From: an uncultured Pseudomonadota bacterium | GTDB taxonomy: Bacteria; Oederibacteriota; Muellerivitia; Muellerivitales; Muellerivitaceae | DNA length: 64,000 nucleotides | Assembly: GCA_963843375.1 (NCBI GenBank) | Contig: CAWJKT010000004.1 | Location: forward strand, 448,001 to 512,000 | Direction of reading: 5' to 3' | Part shown: positions 19,174-32,479 of the stretch, piece after piece | Position numbering within the stretch: the stretch's first letter is position 1 | Layout of the letters: every line of letters starts with the position of its first letter | Notes under the pieces: model-generated | The model's input: only the letters and a program-made list of their open reading frames with translations | What the model was told of the DNA's origin: nothing | Database searches by the model: none | Position numbers and translations under genes: made by a program

Positions 19174-20659
19174 TCACGGCGTCGTCGCCGCGGCCGCCTG
19201 GGCGCCCGCGTTCGCGGCCCGCTTCGCGTACGCCTGGACGAGGGCGCCGGAGAGCATGTCGCCCAGCACCTCGGCGCCGCGCGGCGTCGGGTGGGTGAGA
19301 TCGCCGCCCCCGAGCTGCGGCTGCGCGTTGACCCAGCGGGCCATCGAGCCCTCGCCGCCCATCGCCTCGAACGTGTTCCAGAACGCGGCGCCATGCGAGA
19401 GCGCGACGCGCCGCTGGATGGCGACCGAGATTGAGGATCACGGGCTTGCGTGACGAGCCGTCCGTCGCGCTGCTCGGCGCGGTCGAGCGGCGCGACGACG
19501 AGGATCGACGCGCGCGGCGCGGCCTCGCGCAGCTCGTCGATCAGGCCCGCGAGCGCGCGCTCGTACTCGTCGCGCTCGAGCTTCCGGAGGTCGCTCTCGT
19601 TGGTGCCGTACTGGAGGACGACGAGCGCCGGCTTGCGCAGCGCGAGCTGGTCCTTCCAGTGCTGCCGCGTCATGGCGCTGCCAGTAGACGGCCATCGCCG
19701 CGTGCGAGCCGAGCGCGTCGTAGACGACCCCCGGCTCGTCGCGCTCGAGCGCCACGCCGAACAGGCGCACGGGGCCGCCGCCCACCGCGCGCACGCGTGA
19801 GCTTCGCCTCGCCGTCGGGCACGTGCACCGAGTGGACGCGCGACGACCTTCTCGTCCCGCGCGTCGAGAAGCGCTCGGGCGGCGCTCCGCGCACGGCGAG
19901 GTCCACGTCGCCGCCGCCGGGCTGCTCGAGGTAATAGAGGTCGAAGCGCGAGACGTTGCGCCCGTAGTCGCCGTGCGTCGTCGTGCCGAACGAGGCCGAG
20001 CCGCCGCCGTAGCTGGTGAACGACACGCCGCCGAGGCCGTACATCCCGTCGCGGCGCGAGCGGGCCGGCGAGGCGGCTGGCCGTCCATTCGCCGTCGCGC
20101 CGTGCGAGACGTCGTTGTGGAAGTACCACTCCCACGGGTTGGCGATGAGGATGAAGCCGTGCCCCGCGTCGCCGAAGCGCGCCTGCAGCCGGCGCCGCAC
20201 CGTGCCCGAGACGTAGTCGCTGGCGATGGCCGAGTCGCCGTAGTGCAGGATGCGCGTCACCGCGCCCGGCTTCTTTCCGGTCGGTGCGAGCGAGGGCGCG
20301 AAGAACGCGTCGAGCGCGTGGCCCGTCGGGTCCTCGACGGCGACGTCGCGAAGCGTCCCCCGCACGATGCCGGTCCACCTCGGGGAGCGCGCGCGTGCGA
20401 CTCGACGGGGAGCGCGTTGTTGATGGTGGGGGTGTTGTCCGAGGCGGGGAGCGACTGCTCGCCCTCGGGGGCGCGGGGGCCTGCAGCGGCATGGCCGCGC
20501 GGCGCCTCGTCGTCGGCGGCCGCCGGCGTCTCCCACGGCGTCGCGATGACCCGCAGGGGCCGCAGCCTCGGCGTGGCGTACGGCACGGCGAGCGCCGCCG
20601 ACCATCACGAGAAGCGCGCGCGTCGTCTTTCCGAGCAGAGGGTGCTCACTCAGCCGCAC
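19174..20659 (-). CDS. SGNH/GDSL hydrolase-family protein (PatB/Ape-like), frameshifted
   Basis: RILHYGDSAIA, RFGDAGHGF, LQYGTNES, DLTHPT..GA. Confidence 0.85.
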
Positions 20660-20819
20660 ATCGCCCCCGGGCGCGCAGGATAGCCAAGAGCCACGCGATT
20701 GCCTCGGGAACTTTCTGGTGGGGGACGGAGACATTCCCATCGGGTGACGCGTCCAACACGGGTGCGCTGGGAGGCGGGCAGTCGAGCCTGCTCCATGCGC
20801 GCCCAGGAGCGGGGTAGCG

Positions 20820-22739
20820 ATGGAGCGGTATCACGAAACGCTTTTCCGCGCGCAAGCGCGCGGCGATACGGGTGTGCGCGCTGCTGGCGCCGCTTGCCGC
20901 AGCGAGCGCGTGTCGACCTGGCGATGCGCCGGTGTCCGGGACGAAACGCCCGCGGCGCCGGTCGCGACGGCCGCCTCCAGGGCCAACGCGGACGAAGGGA
21001 CGATGCGAACGACTCGGCTGCCCGGGGGCCATCGCCGCGGCGGTGAAGGCGCGCGACAAGGGCGCTGCGGCGATCCGCTCTCCGCGAACGCGCCCGTCAC
21101 GCTCAACGCTCTCCAGGCCCAGACGCCGGCCGCGACGACGTTCGGAATGATCGGCTCCTCGGGCACGGCGCGCCCGCCGCGAGCGGTGCGACCCCGTCGG
21201 CGCCGTGGGGGCGCGAGGCGGCGGGGCCCGAGCTCGTGACCCCGCGCCGACGCGGCTCGATCCCAACGCCCGGTACGCCACGACGTACCGGCCGGGCGGC
21301 GCCGCGCTGGCCGCGTTCGACGCGGCGGTCTCGCGCGGCCAGATCCCCGCCTCGTGCAGGGACCTCGTCGGCGACTTCGGCGCGCGCTACGCGCCCAACC
21401 TCGCGGCGCCCGCCGAGGGCGCCCTCGCCGTCGGCGTCGAGACGGCGCGCGCCGCGATCGGCCCGGAGGGCGGTCCCCTGAGCCTGCGCGTCGCGCTGGC
21501 CTCGAGCGAGGTGACCCCGCCGCGCGCCCCGCTGTCGTGCACATCGTGCTCGACGTCAGCGGCTCGATGGGCGGGCAGGCGATCGACGACGCGAAGCGGG
21601 CCGCCGAGGCCGCGGTGGAGAAGCTCGAATCGAACGACGACTTCTCGATGGTCACCTTCTCGGACACGGCCACGTCATCGTCCCCGACGGTCCCATCGGC
21701 CCGCGTCGCGACAAGGTACTCGCGCGCATCCACGACGTGCAGGCGGGCGGCGGCACCAACATCTCGGCCGGTCTCGACCTCGGGTACGCCGAGGCGCGCG
21801 CGCCGAGCGTCGGGCGACGAGGCGGTGCGGCTCGTGATGCTCCTCTCCGACGGGCACGCCAACGGGGGCGACACGAGCGTGGAGCACCTCGCGGACCGCG
21901 CCGGGCGAGCCTTCCAGGACGGCGTCGAGACGAGCGCCTTCGGGCTCGGGCCCGACTTCGACGCGGCGCTGATGAGCGAGCATCGCCGATCGCGGCGCGG
22001 GTGGCTACTACTACATCGCCGACTCGTCGCAGATCGCGCCCGCCCTCGCCCGCGAGATCGACGCGCGCCTGCGGCCCGTGGCGACCGCCGTCGAGGTCCG
22101 CGTCCGCCTTCGCCCCGACGTCGCGGCCACGCACGTCTTCGGCTCGCGCGAGCTCTCCGCCACGAGGCCGACGCGGTGCGCGCCCAGGAGGTCGCGGTCG
22201 ACCTGCACGAGAAGCAGCGCGGCATCGCCTCCGACCGTCAGGTCGACGCCGCCGGCGGGATGCGCTTCTTCATCCCGGCGTTCGCTCGCGCCGATCGCCA
22301 CGCCACGCTGATCACGCTGCAGCTGCCGCCGGGCGCGGGCGAGCGGCGCATCGCGAGCGTCGAGGTCCGTTACAAGGATCGCCTCCTCAAGAAGAACGTG
22401 ACCCAGCGAGCTCCCTGTGAACCTGCGCTGGGCGGCGAGCGACGCGGAGAGCGCGCTCACCGCCGACCACGACGTCGAGCGAGCCGAGCAGGGCTTCGCC
22501 GCCGGTGAGGCGATCCTGCAGGCCGCCGAGCGCGTGGACGCCGGCGACCGGGCGGGCGCCCATCACCTCCTCGACGAGCGGGCCGCGGTTCTGCGGATCG
22601 CGTCGTCGACGCTGGCGACCCACGCTTCGCGGAAGACGCGGCGCGACTCGACCGCCTCGGCGAAGCCGTCGGGGGCGGGCAGCTGGCGGAGCTGCCGCTC
22701 GTCGTGATGCTCCGGGGTTCGGGATACGGGTACCTCTGA
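20820..22739 (+). CDS. VWA-domain lipoprotein, frameshifted
   Basis: IVLDVSGSM (MIDAS), [35 protein letters not shown]. Confidence 0.8.
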
Positions 22740-23705
22740 TGGACTCCCCCGCGCCGTTCGTCCTCAAGCTGCCGGTGGACCGCGTCACGGCGCTCGCGAT
22801 GGAGCCGGGGGCGACGGTTCGACTCTCCGGCCTGGTGACCGCGCCGATGGATTGCACGTCGCTCGACGCCGCGAACCTCTTCGACTTCTCGGCCGGAGGC
22901 CTGCGCGTCGTGGCCGGGGACCCGGCGCACCACGTGTACGTCCTCGCGGCGGAGGGGATCGTACGTGCAGGCCTGCGCCGCCGTGGGCGGGATCCCGTGC
23001 CTCGTGCCCAGGCTCGCCGATCTCGCGCATGCACGGCTGCACACGGAGGCCGAGCTCGCGTCGACGCTGTCCGGCAGCATCGAGCTCGAATCGCATCCCC
23101 CGCCGACCGCGGCGTCCGCGATCCTCGGCGCGCTCGCGTGGGCCGCGCTCTGCATCGGGGCGGCCCTCGCCCTCGCGTGGACCGTGGTCGCGCTCTCGAG
23201 GCGTGCGGCGCGGAGCGCGCTGGGCCGGATCCGCGTCGCCGCTCGCCGGGCCCTGCGCGCGACGCGAGGGGACGTCACGCTCGAGAGCGCGCGGACGCAG
23301 ATCCGCGCCCTCGTCGATCGCGCCCGGCAGCTCGACGAGCTGCGCCGCCGCTGCGCGCGCAGGCTGTCGCGCATCGATCGGGCCGCGCTCGACCGGCGCG
23401 CCGAGGCCTGCGAGCGGGCGACCGTCCCCGTCTCGGCGGCCGCGCTCGCGTCGTTCGCGGCCGAGCGTGACGCCGCGCTGCAGCTCGAGAGCGACCACGG
23501 CGCCGCCCTCGTCGAGCTGGAACGGATCGAGAGCGTCCTGCGGACGGCGACGCTGCGCGCGGGAGCGCTCCCGCGCGCTCGCGGAGGTCTCCGGCTCGCG
23601 GCGCGCCGCGGAGAGCGCGGAGAGACGGTCGGCGACCCCGTCGACGCGCTCGTGGCCGAGCTCGATCTGCGCGACCAGGCGATCGCCGAGGCCGACGCGT
23701 CCTGA
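22739..23705 (+). CDS. Hypothetical membrane-anchored coiled-coil protein
   Basis: TGATG coupling to the VWA gene; one TM helix followed by a helical C-terminus; one frameshift. Confidence 0.6.
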
Positions 23706-23759
23706 AGGCCGCGGCAGCCCGGCTGGAATCGCGCGGGGCGCTCTGCTACTCGTCGCACC

Positions 23760-25199
23760 ATGCCGCCTGCGCGCGTCCGCTTCGCCCCGTCGCCCACCGG
23801 GCTACCTGCACATCGGCGGCGTCCGCACGGCGCTCTTCAACTGGCTCTGGGCGCGCAAGACCGGCGGCGACCTTCATCCTCCGCATCGAGGACACCGACC
23901 AGGAGCGGAGCACGCGCGGAGAGCGTCGCAGGTCATCCTCGACTCGCTGCGCTGGCTCGGCCTCGACTGGGACGAGGGCCCCGAGATGGGCGGCGCTCCG
24001 GGCCGTACACGCAGATGGAGCGGCTCGCGCTCTACCGCGAGTTCGCCGAGAAGCTCATCGCGGCGGGCAAGGCGTACCGCTGCTACTGCACCAAGGAGGA
24101 GCTCGACGCCCAGCGCGAGGCGCTCAAGGCGAGGGACCCGAAGGCCCAGTTCCGCTACCCCGGCACCTGCCGCGACCGGAAGGACGCAGCCGGACGCTGC
24201 CGTTCGTCGTGCGCTTCAGCGTGCCCGACGACGGGCAGCGTCACGCTACGTCGACAAGGTCTTCGGCGAGGTCGTCACCCCGAACGCCGCGCAGCAGGAC
24301 TTCGTCCTGCTGCGGTCCGACGGCGTGCCGCTCTACAACTTCGGCGCCGTGGTCGACGACATCACGATGGGCATCACGCTGGTCGCGCGCGGCCGCGACC
24401 ACATGGTCAACACGCCCCCGCAGATCCTGCTCTACGAGGCGCTCGGCGCAGCCGCCGCCGGAGTTCGCGCACCTGCCGATGATGCTCGCGCCGAACGGCG
24501 AGAAGCTCCGCAAGCGCCACGGCGCCGTGAGCGTCGACCGAGTACCGCGACCAGGGGTACTCGCCGCGCGCCGTGCTCAACTACCTCGTCCGCTTCGGCT
24601 GGTCGCACGGCGACCAGGAGGTGTTCTCGCTCGGCGAGCTCGTCGAGGCGTTCGACTGGGAGCACTGCGGCACGGAGCGACGGCAAGTTCGACGCGAAGA
24701 AGTTCCTCGCGATCGACCACGAGCACCTCAAGACGCCGCGGCTCACGGCCGACGCGGAGTACGCGCAGCGCATGGCGCCGTTCCTGGGCAAGCGCGGGCT
24801 CGACGTCGGGGCCGCGCGCGCCGACGGCCGCGTCCCCCTCATCCGCGAGCGCGCGCACACCTTCGTCGAGGCGGCCGACCCGCTCGACTTCTTCTTCCGC
24901 GACCCGCCGGCCCTCGACGCGAAGGCCGCGGCGAAGTTCCTCGTCCCCGCGAGCGCGCCGCACCTTCGCGGCCTGGCCGACGCGATCGAGAAGGCGAGCC
25001 CTGGGCCGCGCCCGACCTCGAGGCTGCCGTCAACGCGTGGCTCCCGGGCACCGGGCTGCCAATGAAAGACGTCGCCCAGCCCGCGCGCGTCGCTCTCACG
25101 GGGCGCACGGCCAGTCCGGGTCTCTTCGACGTCATCGCCGTCCTCGGTCGCGAGCGCGCCCTCGCGCGTCTCCGCGCCGCCGCCGCGCAGTGCGGCTAG
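23760..25199 (+). CDS. gltX: Glutamate--tRNA ligase, frameshifted
   Basis: [53 protein letters not shown]...SPGLF. Confidence 0.95.
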
Positions 25200-25389
25200 G
25201 GGAACGGGTGTAGGGCGGAGAGCGAGAAATCCGCGACGATCCCGCGACTCGGGCGCCGGGGGTGTGGCGACCCCGGTAGCCTGCAAGAGTGGGTGGATCC
25301 GCTAGAACGCCGCAGCGAGCCGGCCGGCGGCGCTCGAGTCCTCGTGCGCCTGCGTCGAGCGGTTTGCCGCGAACCGGGTCGGACGGGCG

Positions 25390-28300
25390 ATGACCGGAGC
25401 GCCGGCAGCGCAGGCCTCGCCCGAGCTTTCGTCGAGGCTCACCGGCTGGTCGGGCACCTCGCGGTATCGCGTCCGGCGGTGCATCGGCACCGGCGGGGTG
25501 GGGGCGGTCTTCGAGGCGTTCGACGAGGAGAGCGGATCGACCGTCGCAGTCAAGAGGCTCCGGCACTTCAGCCCCGCGACCCTGTACCGCTTCAAGCAGG
25601 AGTTCCGGACGGCCGCCGACGTCCACCATCCGAACCTCGTGCGGCTCTACGAGCTCGTCGCCACCGAGGAGCACGAGGTCTTCTTCACGATGGAGCTCGT
25701 GCACGGCATGGACGTCGTGACGCACGTACGAGCCCGGGGCGCCGCGGACCCCGAGCGACTGCGCGCCGCGCTGGGCCAGCTTGCCCTGGGCGTGCAGGCG
25801 CTCCACGCCGCCGGCAAGCTTCATCGGGACATCAAGCCGTCGAACGTCCTCGTCACCGCCGAGGGCCGCGTGGTCTTGCTCGACTTCGGCGTGGCGATCG
25901 ATCTGTCCCGCGCGGGCGAGGACGCCGAGGACGCGGACTCCATCGTGGGCACGGCCTCGTACATGGCGCCGGAGCAGGCGTCGGGAGCCGCTCCGACGAC
26001 GGCGTCGGACTGGTACGGCGTCGGGCGCGGTCCTGTTCGAGGCGCTCGTCGGCAGCGCGCCGTTCCTCGGCTCCGCGGCCGACGTCTTGCGGAGAAAGGG
26101 CACGGTGGATCCTCCCGCGCCGTCGGCACGCGTCGAAGGCGTGCCCCCGGATCTCGACGCCCTGTGCCGGGCCCTCCTGCAGCGCGACCCCGCCCTCCGG
26201 CCGAGCGGCGCCGAGATCCTCCGTCGCCTCCGCGCGGGGAGGGACGAAGTCGGCGAAACGGCTCCGGCCTCCGCGACGGACCGGGGCGCTTCTCCGCTCG
26301 TGGGCCGCCGCGACGAGAAGCTCGCCCTCCGCGACGCGTTCGAAGCGGCCCGCGCCGGGACCTCCGTCACCCTCCACGTGCGCGGACGCTCGGGGATGGG
26401 CAAGTCGTCGCTGCTCCAGCGGTTCGTCGACGACCTCGAGGGGGCGGGCGAGGCCGTCGTCCTCCGCGGTCGCACCTACGAGCGGGAGTCGGTCCCCTAC
26501 AAGGCCCTCGACGGCTGCGTCGACGCGCTCAGCGGTCACCTCCTGAGGCTCTCCGATCGCGGCGCGCAGGTCGCTCTGCCCGGGGACATCTGGGCGCTCG
26601 CCCGCCTGTTTCCCGTGCTCCGGCGCGTGCCCGAGATCGCCGACGTTCGCGGGTCCGACGCCGGAGATCCCCATCGCATGCGCCGGCGAGGCTTCGCCGC
26701 GCTGCGCGAGCTGCTCGCGTCGCTGGCGAGCCGGCAGGCCCTGGTCGTTCATCTCGACGACGTGCACTGGGGAGACGCCGACAGCGCGGCGCTCCTGCTC
26801 GATCTCGTGCGGCCACCGAGCGCCCCGCCGCTGCTGCTGGTCATGACGTACCGCGAGGACGGAGCGGAGACGAGCCCGCTCCTCGAAGAGATGCGCTCGC
26901 AATGGCCGCACGGGGCCGAGGCGCGCGAGATGGCCGTCGGGCCGCTCGACGCGGGCGACGCCGCGCAGCTCGCGCTGGCCCTCCTCGGATCGTCCGACGA
27001 CGCGGCGCGAGCGACGGCCGCCGCCGTCGCCCGGGAGTCACACGGCAGCCCGTTCTTGATCGAGGAGCTGGTACGAAGCCATCAGGCCAGGCCGCGGCGC
27101 GAGGCGGGCGAAGAGGCCGATCACGCTCGAGGAGTCGGTCGCCGAGCGCGTGGCGCGGCTGCCCGAGGACGGCCGGCGGCTCCTCGAGATCGTCGCGGTC
27201 GGCGGCCGTCCGCTGCCCGTGCTCGTGGTCTGCGAGGCGGCTGGAGCGGCGCTCGGCGGTCACGACGCGCTCTCGCTCCTTCGCAGCCGACGCTTCGTGC
27301 GCGTCGGTCTGCGCGGCGGTCACGACGTGGTGGAGACGATTCACGATCGGATCCGCGGAGGCGATCGTCGGCCGCATCCCCGCCGAGCGGGCGCGCGACC
27401 ACCACCGCCGCCTCGCGGCCGTGCTCGAGGCGACGCCGGATCTCGATCCCGAGGCGGTCGCGATCCAGCTCGTCGGCGCCGGCGAGAAGGCGCGCGCGGC
27501 AAGGTACGCCGAGCGGGCCGCCGAGCAGGCGATCGCCAAGCTCGCCTTCGAGCGCGCCGTCCAGCTCTTCCGGCTCGCGCTCGAGGGCACGGCCGTGGCG
27601 TCGGCCGATGCCCACCGCCTCCGCGGACGGCTCGCCGAGGCGCTCTCGTACGCCGGCCGGGGAGCCGAGTCGGCGCGCGTGTACCTCGAGACGGCAGAGG
27701 GGGAACGGGGAGTCGGTCGCGTCGAGCTCGAGAGGGCCGCGGCCGAGCAGCTCCTCGCGTCCGGCCGGATCGACGAGGGGGGTCGCGTGCTTCACCGCGT
27801 CCTCGCCGCGATCGGGATGAAGGCGCCCGGGTCGACGCTCTCCGCGGTCTTCTGGCTGGTCGTCTACCGCGTGTGGCTCGCCGTCGTCGGGCTGCGCTTC
27901 GAGGAGCGCCGGCCGGGTGAGGTCCGCCCGGGGGATCGCGCGCGCATCGAGGCGATGTACGCGGTCGGCATGGGCTTCGCGGTCGTCGACGTGCATCCTC
28001 GGCGCCTGCATGGAGGCGCGCCTGCTGCATCTTCTCGCTCCGGACCGGGGACTGCGACCAGGTGCAGCGCGCGGCGGCGCTCGAGGCGGCGCAGCTCGCC
28101 AGCCCGAGGAGGGGTCCCGCGGGAAGGCGCGAGCGGGATCTCTTCGAGGTCGCCAGCGGCCTCGTCGGCTCGCGGCGGGAGCGTCGAGTCGAACGCCTTC
28201 ACGGAAGGCGCCGTGGGGCGTCGCGCTCTTCCTGCGCGGCCGCTGGAAGGAGGCGCGCGAGACCCTCGACGCGAGCAGCGCGAAAGCGCCGGGCATCCGC

Positions 28301-29097
28301 AGCCAGTGGCACTCGAACGCGGTCCTCTTCGCCGTCCGCTCGCTGTACTTCTCGGGCGAGATCCGGGAGCTCGTCCGCCGGCAGGCCCGCTTGCTGGCCG
28401 ACGCGCAGGATCGCGGCGACCTGTACACGCTCGTGAACTGCGCGGCGACGACGACGATCGACGATCGCACCTGGCCGCCGACGACCCCGAGGGCGCGCGC
28501 GAGGCGTCCGCGAAGGGATGGCGCAGTGGTCGCAGACGGGGTTCCTCGTCCAGCACTGGCAGGCGATGGCGTTCGAGCCGGACGTCGACCTGTACCTCGG
28601 GCGACGGGGCCGCGGCGTACGACCGGCTCCGGAGGGACCTGCCGGCGCTGAAGAGGAGCCTGCTGCTCCACGTGCAGTTCGTCCGGAGCTTGACCCATAG
28701 CGCGATCGGGCGCGCCGCGGTCGCGTCGATCGCGGCCGCGTCCGGAGCGGCGCCGGGCGAGGATCGCGGAGGCGCGGAGCATGGCGCGTCGCCTCGAGCG
28801 GGAGCGGATGCCGTGGACGGCGGTGCTCGCCGCCCTCGTCGCCGCCGCGGCCGAGAACGCGGCGGGCGATCGCGCCGGCGGCCGGCGCGGCGTTGCGGGC
28901 AGCGCGCGACGCCGCCCAGGCGGCCGAGATGAAGATGCACGCGGTCGCGGCGACCTACCGGCTCGGCCAGCATGTCGGCGGCGAGGAGGGCGGCGCGCTC
29001 GTCCAGTCGGCGCTGGCCGCCCTCGCCGCCGAAGGAATCAGGAGCCCTGCGCGCTGGGTGGCGATTCTACGTCCCCGGCGAGTGGGGCCCGCGCTGA
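25390..29097 (+). CDS. Ser/Thr protein kinase with AAA ATPase and TPR-like region, frameshifted
   Basis: IGTGGVGAVF, HRDIKPSN, DFG, GTASYMAPEQ; Walker A GRSGMGKS; Walker B LDDVHWGD. Confidence 0.9.
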
Positions 29098-29148
29098 CGC
29101 CGCGACGGGCGCACGGACGCCTCGTGACTGCGCCGGTCCGGACGTCGT

Positions 29149-30341
29149 TCAGCGCGTGGATTGCTCGGCGAGCGCGCCGAGCGTCACCTTGACGTCGAAC
29201 GGCTTCGTCGCGCGCTGCACGCGGAGCGTGACCGGGCGGCCGACGCCGGCCGTGCTCGCGAGCCACTGCAGCTGGGTCGAGCGGTCGATTGGGCTGCCCT
29301 CGAAGGCGACGATGATGTCGCCCGGCTGCGAGCCCGCCCTGGTCGGCGGGGCCCGCCGGGGCTCACGTACTCGACGACGGCGCCGTTGATCGCGTCGCCT
29401 TCGGGGAGCTTCGAGCGCGTGCGCGGTCGTCGCGCGAGAGCTGGTGCACGTCGAGGATGCGCACGCCGAGCGCGCTGCGCGTGACGTGCCCGTCGCGGAG
29501 GAGCATCGGCAGGAGCTGCTTGACCATGTTGATGGGGATGGCGAAGCCGATGCCCTGCGCGCCGCCGCCGCGGATGGCCGTGTTGATCCCGACGACCTCG
29601 CCCCGCAGGTTGAGGAGCGGGCCGCCCGGAGTTGCCCGGGTTGATCGACGCGTCGGTCTGCAGGAAGTCGTAGTAGCCGCTCGGGATCGAGCGGGACGTC
29701 CTGCTGCGTGCGGCCCTTGGCGCTGATGATGCCCGCGCTCACGGTGTGCGAGAGCCCGAAGGGGTTGCCGATCGCGACGACCCAGTCGCCGACGTCGATC
29801 GCGTCCGAGTCGCCGAGCGGCAGCGGGCGCAGGTCCTTCGCGTCGATGCGCACGACCGCGATGTCGGTCTGCGGGTCGGTCCCGACGACCTTGCCGGGGA
29901 ACTCGCGCTCGTCGGAGAGCTTGACCTGGATCTCCTCGGCGCCCTCGACGACGTGGTTGTTCGTGAGGATGATGCCGTTCTTGTCGACGACGAAGCCCGT
30001 GCCCAGGCCCTGCGTCTCGCGCGGCGGCGCGCGGTGCGTGAAGGGCGAGACCTCCATCTCCTCGCCGACCGTGGTGATCGTCACGACGCTCGGGTCGGCG
30101 GCGTGCGCGATGGGCGCGAAGCTCACCGGCTCGAGCCGCACGCTGACCGAGCCCGGCCGCGGCGGGCGGCGGCGCGGGGCGCGGCGCCAGCGGCGGCGCG
30201 TCGGGCTCGGCACGGGGGTCGCGCCGCGGCGGGATGGCGCCCTCCGGCGTCGTCGCCGTCGGGCACGTGCGGCGCGGTCGCCGCAGCGCCGCACGCGACG
30301 AGGCACGCGCAGGACGGCGACGACGCTCGCGCTCGCGGCAT
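29149..30341 (-). CDS. HtrA/DegP-family serine protease with PDZ domain, frameshifted
   Basis: [43 protein letters not shown]. Confidence 0.92.
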
Positions 30342-30638
30342 CACTTCATCTTCGACCGCTCGACGAAGCGCATCCGGAGATCGAAGAGGATCTGCCCGAG
30401 GAGGCGCTCTTCGTCCCCGGTCAGGTTGCCCTTCGTCTTCTCCTCGAGCACGCCGAGGAGGTCGATGGTCTGGCGCGCGAGCGGCAGGTTCTGCTCGATC
30501 GCTGCCCGTCTCCGGGCTCGGCGCCTCGCCGAGGTGCATCAGCGCCGAGTGGCTGAGCGACAGGACGAACGTCGAGAAGTCGACGTGCGGAAGCGCGTCT
30601 TCGCTGTGCCCTTCGGGCTTCTTGTTCGCGTCGGCCAC
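30341..30638 (-). CDS. DUF1844-like protein
   Basis: [19 protein letters not shown], then [19 protein letters not shown]. Confidence 0.8.
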
Positions 30639-30686
30639 GGCTCCTCATTCTCCCTCGACGCGCTCGCAGCGCTCACGCGCTCCTGC

Positions 30687-30883
30687 TCAGTCCTCGCGGC
30701 CGCCGAGGGCGGGCTGCGGGTGGTCGACCGGCTCGGCCTGCTCGGCCACGTCGGGCAGCGCCGCCAGGTGCTTCTCGACTTCCTTGTCGTCGAAGATGCC
30801 CTTGCGGAGGTTGCGCTCGCGGACGCGGATGTCCCACTCCCAGCTGTTGATCGTCTTCGTGTCTGCTGTTGCCCGTGCGCCAT
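30687..30883 (-). CDS. Small hypothetical protein
   Basis: WDIRVRERNLRKG...EVEKHLAALPDVAE; lies between slyD and the DUF1844-like gene. Confidence 0.6.
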
Positions 30884-30900
30884 GTCGTTTCCTGGTGCTC

Positions 30901-31478
30901 TCAGTTGACGCTTGCGCTTGCCGATGGGGACCGGGCTCGTGCTCGTGATCGTGGTCGCAGTCGGGGCCGTGCACGTGCTCGTGCGCCTCGTCGAGCTGCG
31001 CGGCCGCCTGCTCGATCTCGTCGTCGGTCGCCGCGCGGACGTCGCGCACCGTCACGTGGTAGCGCAGCGTCATCCCGGCGAGCGGGTGGTTCGCGTCGAC
31101 GACGACGAGGTCGTCGTTCACCTCGACGACGCTCATCGCGATCTCGTCGCCGTCGGGCGACTCGGCCACGAACTCGTCGCCGACGGCCACGCCCTTCGGG
31201 TCGGGCAACTCGGAGCGATCGAGCTCGAGGAGCAGGCTCGTCGTCGTACTCGCCGTAGCCCGCCTCGGCCGGCACGACGACGTCGCGCTCGTCGCCCGCG
31301 TGCAGGCCCGACCAGCGCCGCCTCGAGCCCCGGCACGAGCATCCCGTAGCCGTGGACGTAACGAATGGGCTCGCCGTCCTCGCCCTCGCTGGCGTCGAGC
31401 ATGTCGCCCTCTTCGTCGCGCAGCTCGTAGTCGACGCGTGACGTGGGCGTTCGGCTGGATGGTCGGATGCGTGGTCAC
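30901..31478 (-). CDS. slyD: FKBP-type peptidyl-prolyl isomerase SlyD, frameshifted
   Basis: YVHGYGMLVPGLEAAL, AGYGEYD, VDANHPLAG.TL, His-rich tail HEHVHGPDCDHDHEHE. Confidence 0.9.
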
Positions 31479-31556
31479 GGCAGGCGGGAGAAGTAGCGCG
31501 TAGGCGGCCCCCCGTCGAGTCGGCTTGGCGGCCGCGCTAGCCCGCGCTCGGGCTGC

Positions 31557-32439
31557 TCACTTGCGCCTCATCGCTCGCCTCCGGGCGCCGCTGCGGTCGC
31601 GGCTCGGGCCGTGGTCGTGGTCCGGGTTGCGCACGGGCGGCTCGGTCGCCGCGAGGGTGCGCCGTACCCGGTCGAGCTCGGGACGGAAGCGGCCGGCGAG
31701 CTTGCCGTCGTGCCAGGAGGGTCGCCACGAGCTCGCGGAGGACGGGGTCCTTGACGGTGGCCCAGCGGTTCATCAGGTCGAACACGGGACGCCGAAGCGC
31801 AGGGCCAGCGCGAGGCGGCGCCTCTTCGAGCGCCTCGAGGAGGGCCTTGTGCCCCGGGTACCTCGCGGCGGCTCGGGGCGCGTCTCGGGCGAGCGCGAAG
31901 GCCTCGTCGAGTCGACCGGACGGCCCGTCGGCCTGTGCAGGCTGCGTGAGCCAGGGCTCGCGCGCGAGGGCGCGCACCACGGCGGCGGCGTGGAAGTAGC
32001 CGTCCATCCACGACGCGGTCTCCTCGACCAGGGCGTCGCCCACGGCCGCCCCGATGCGCGGCGAGCCCGTCGATCACGGCCTCGCGGACCCGGAAGCGCA
32101 GGTCGTCGGCGCAGCGCGTGAAGCTCGGCGACGAACGCGGCGCGGACCGCCGCGTCGGCCGTGGCGCGCGCGGCCAGCGCCAGCACGCCGCACGACGGGC
32201 AGGAACTCGAGCGCCGTCGCCCCGGGCGCCTCGTCGGCCGAGAGGTGCGCCATCGCGAGCGCCAGCGCGTCGGCCCGAGCGCCTCGCGAGCGACACGCCT
32301 GCGCGAAGGCGTCGGCGAGGGCGCGTTGGCGCGAGGACCGGGAAGGCGCGAGCCGCGCGATAGGAGATCGAAGAGCGGCGCTCGTCGGCCGGCCGATGGC
32401 CTCGTCGAGCGCGCGCGCGAGAGCGGACGGCCGAGGCAT
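31557..32439 (-). CDS. Hypothetical helical protein, frameshifted
   Basis: High-GC3 frames LFDLLSRGSRLPGPRAN...DDLRFRVREAV...WMDGYFHAAAV. Confidence 0.55.
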
Positions 32440-32479
32440 CGGAGTAGGCGCGACGCGGTACGCGCCGGCGGGCGCCCTG

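Noticed and set aside
24500..24525. Unusual KLRKR in place of KLSKR in GltX
   Set aside because: The region is error-rich, so a sequencing artefact is more likely
25200..25300. tRNA downstream of gltX
   Set aside because: Only a GC hairpin (ccgggg...ccccgg); no cloverleaf or T-loop motif seen
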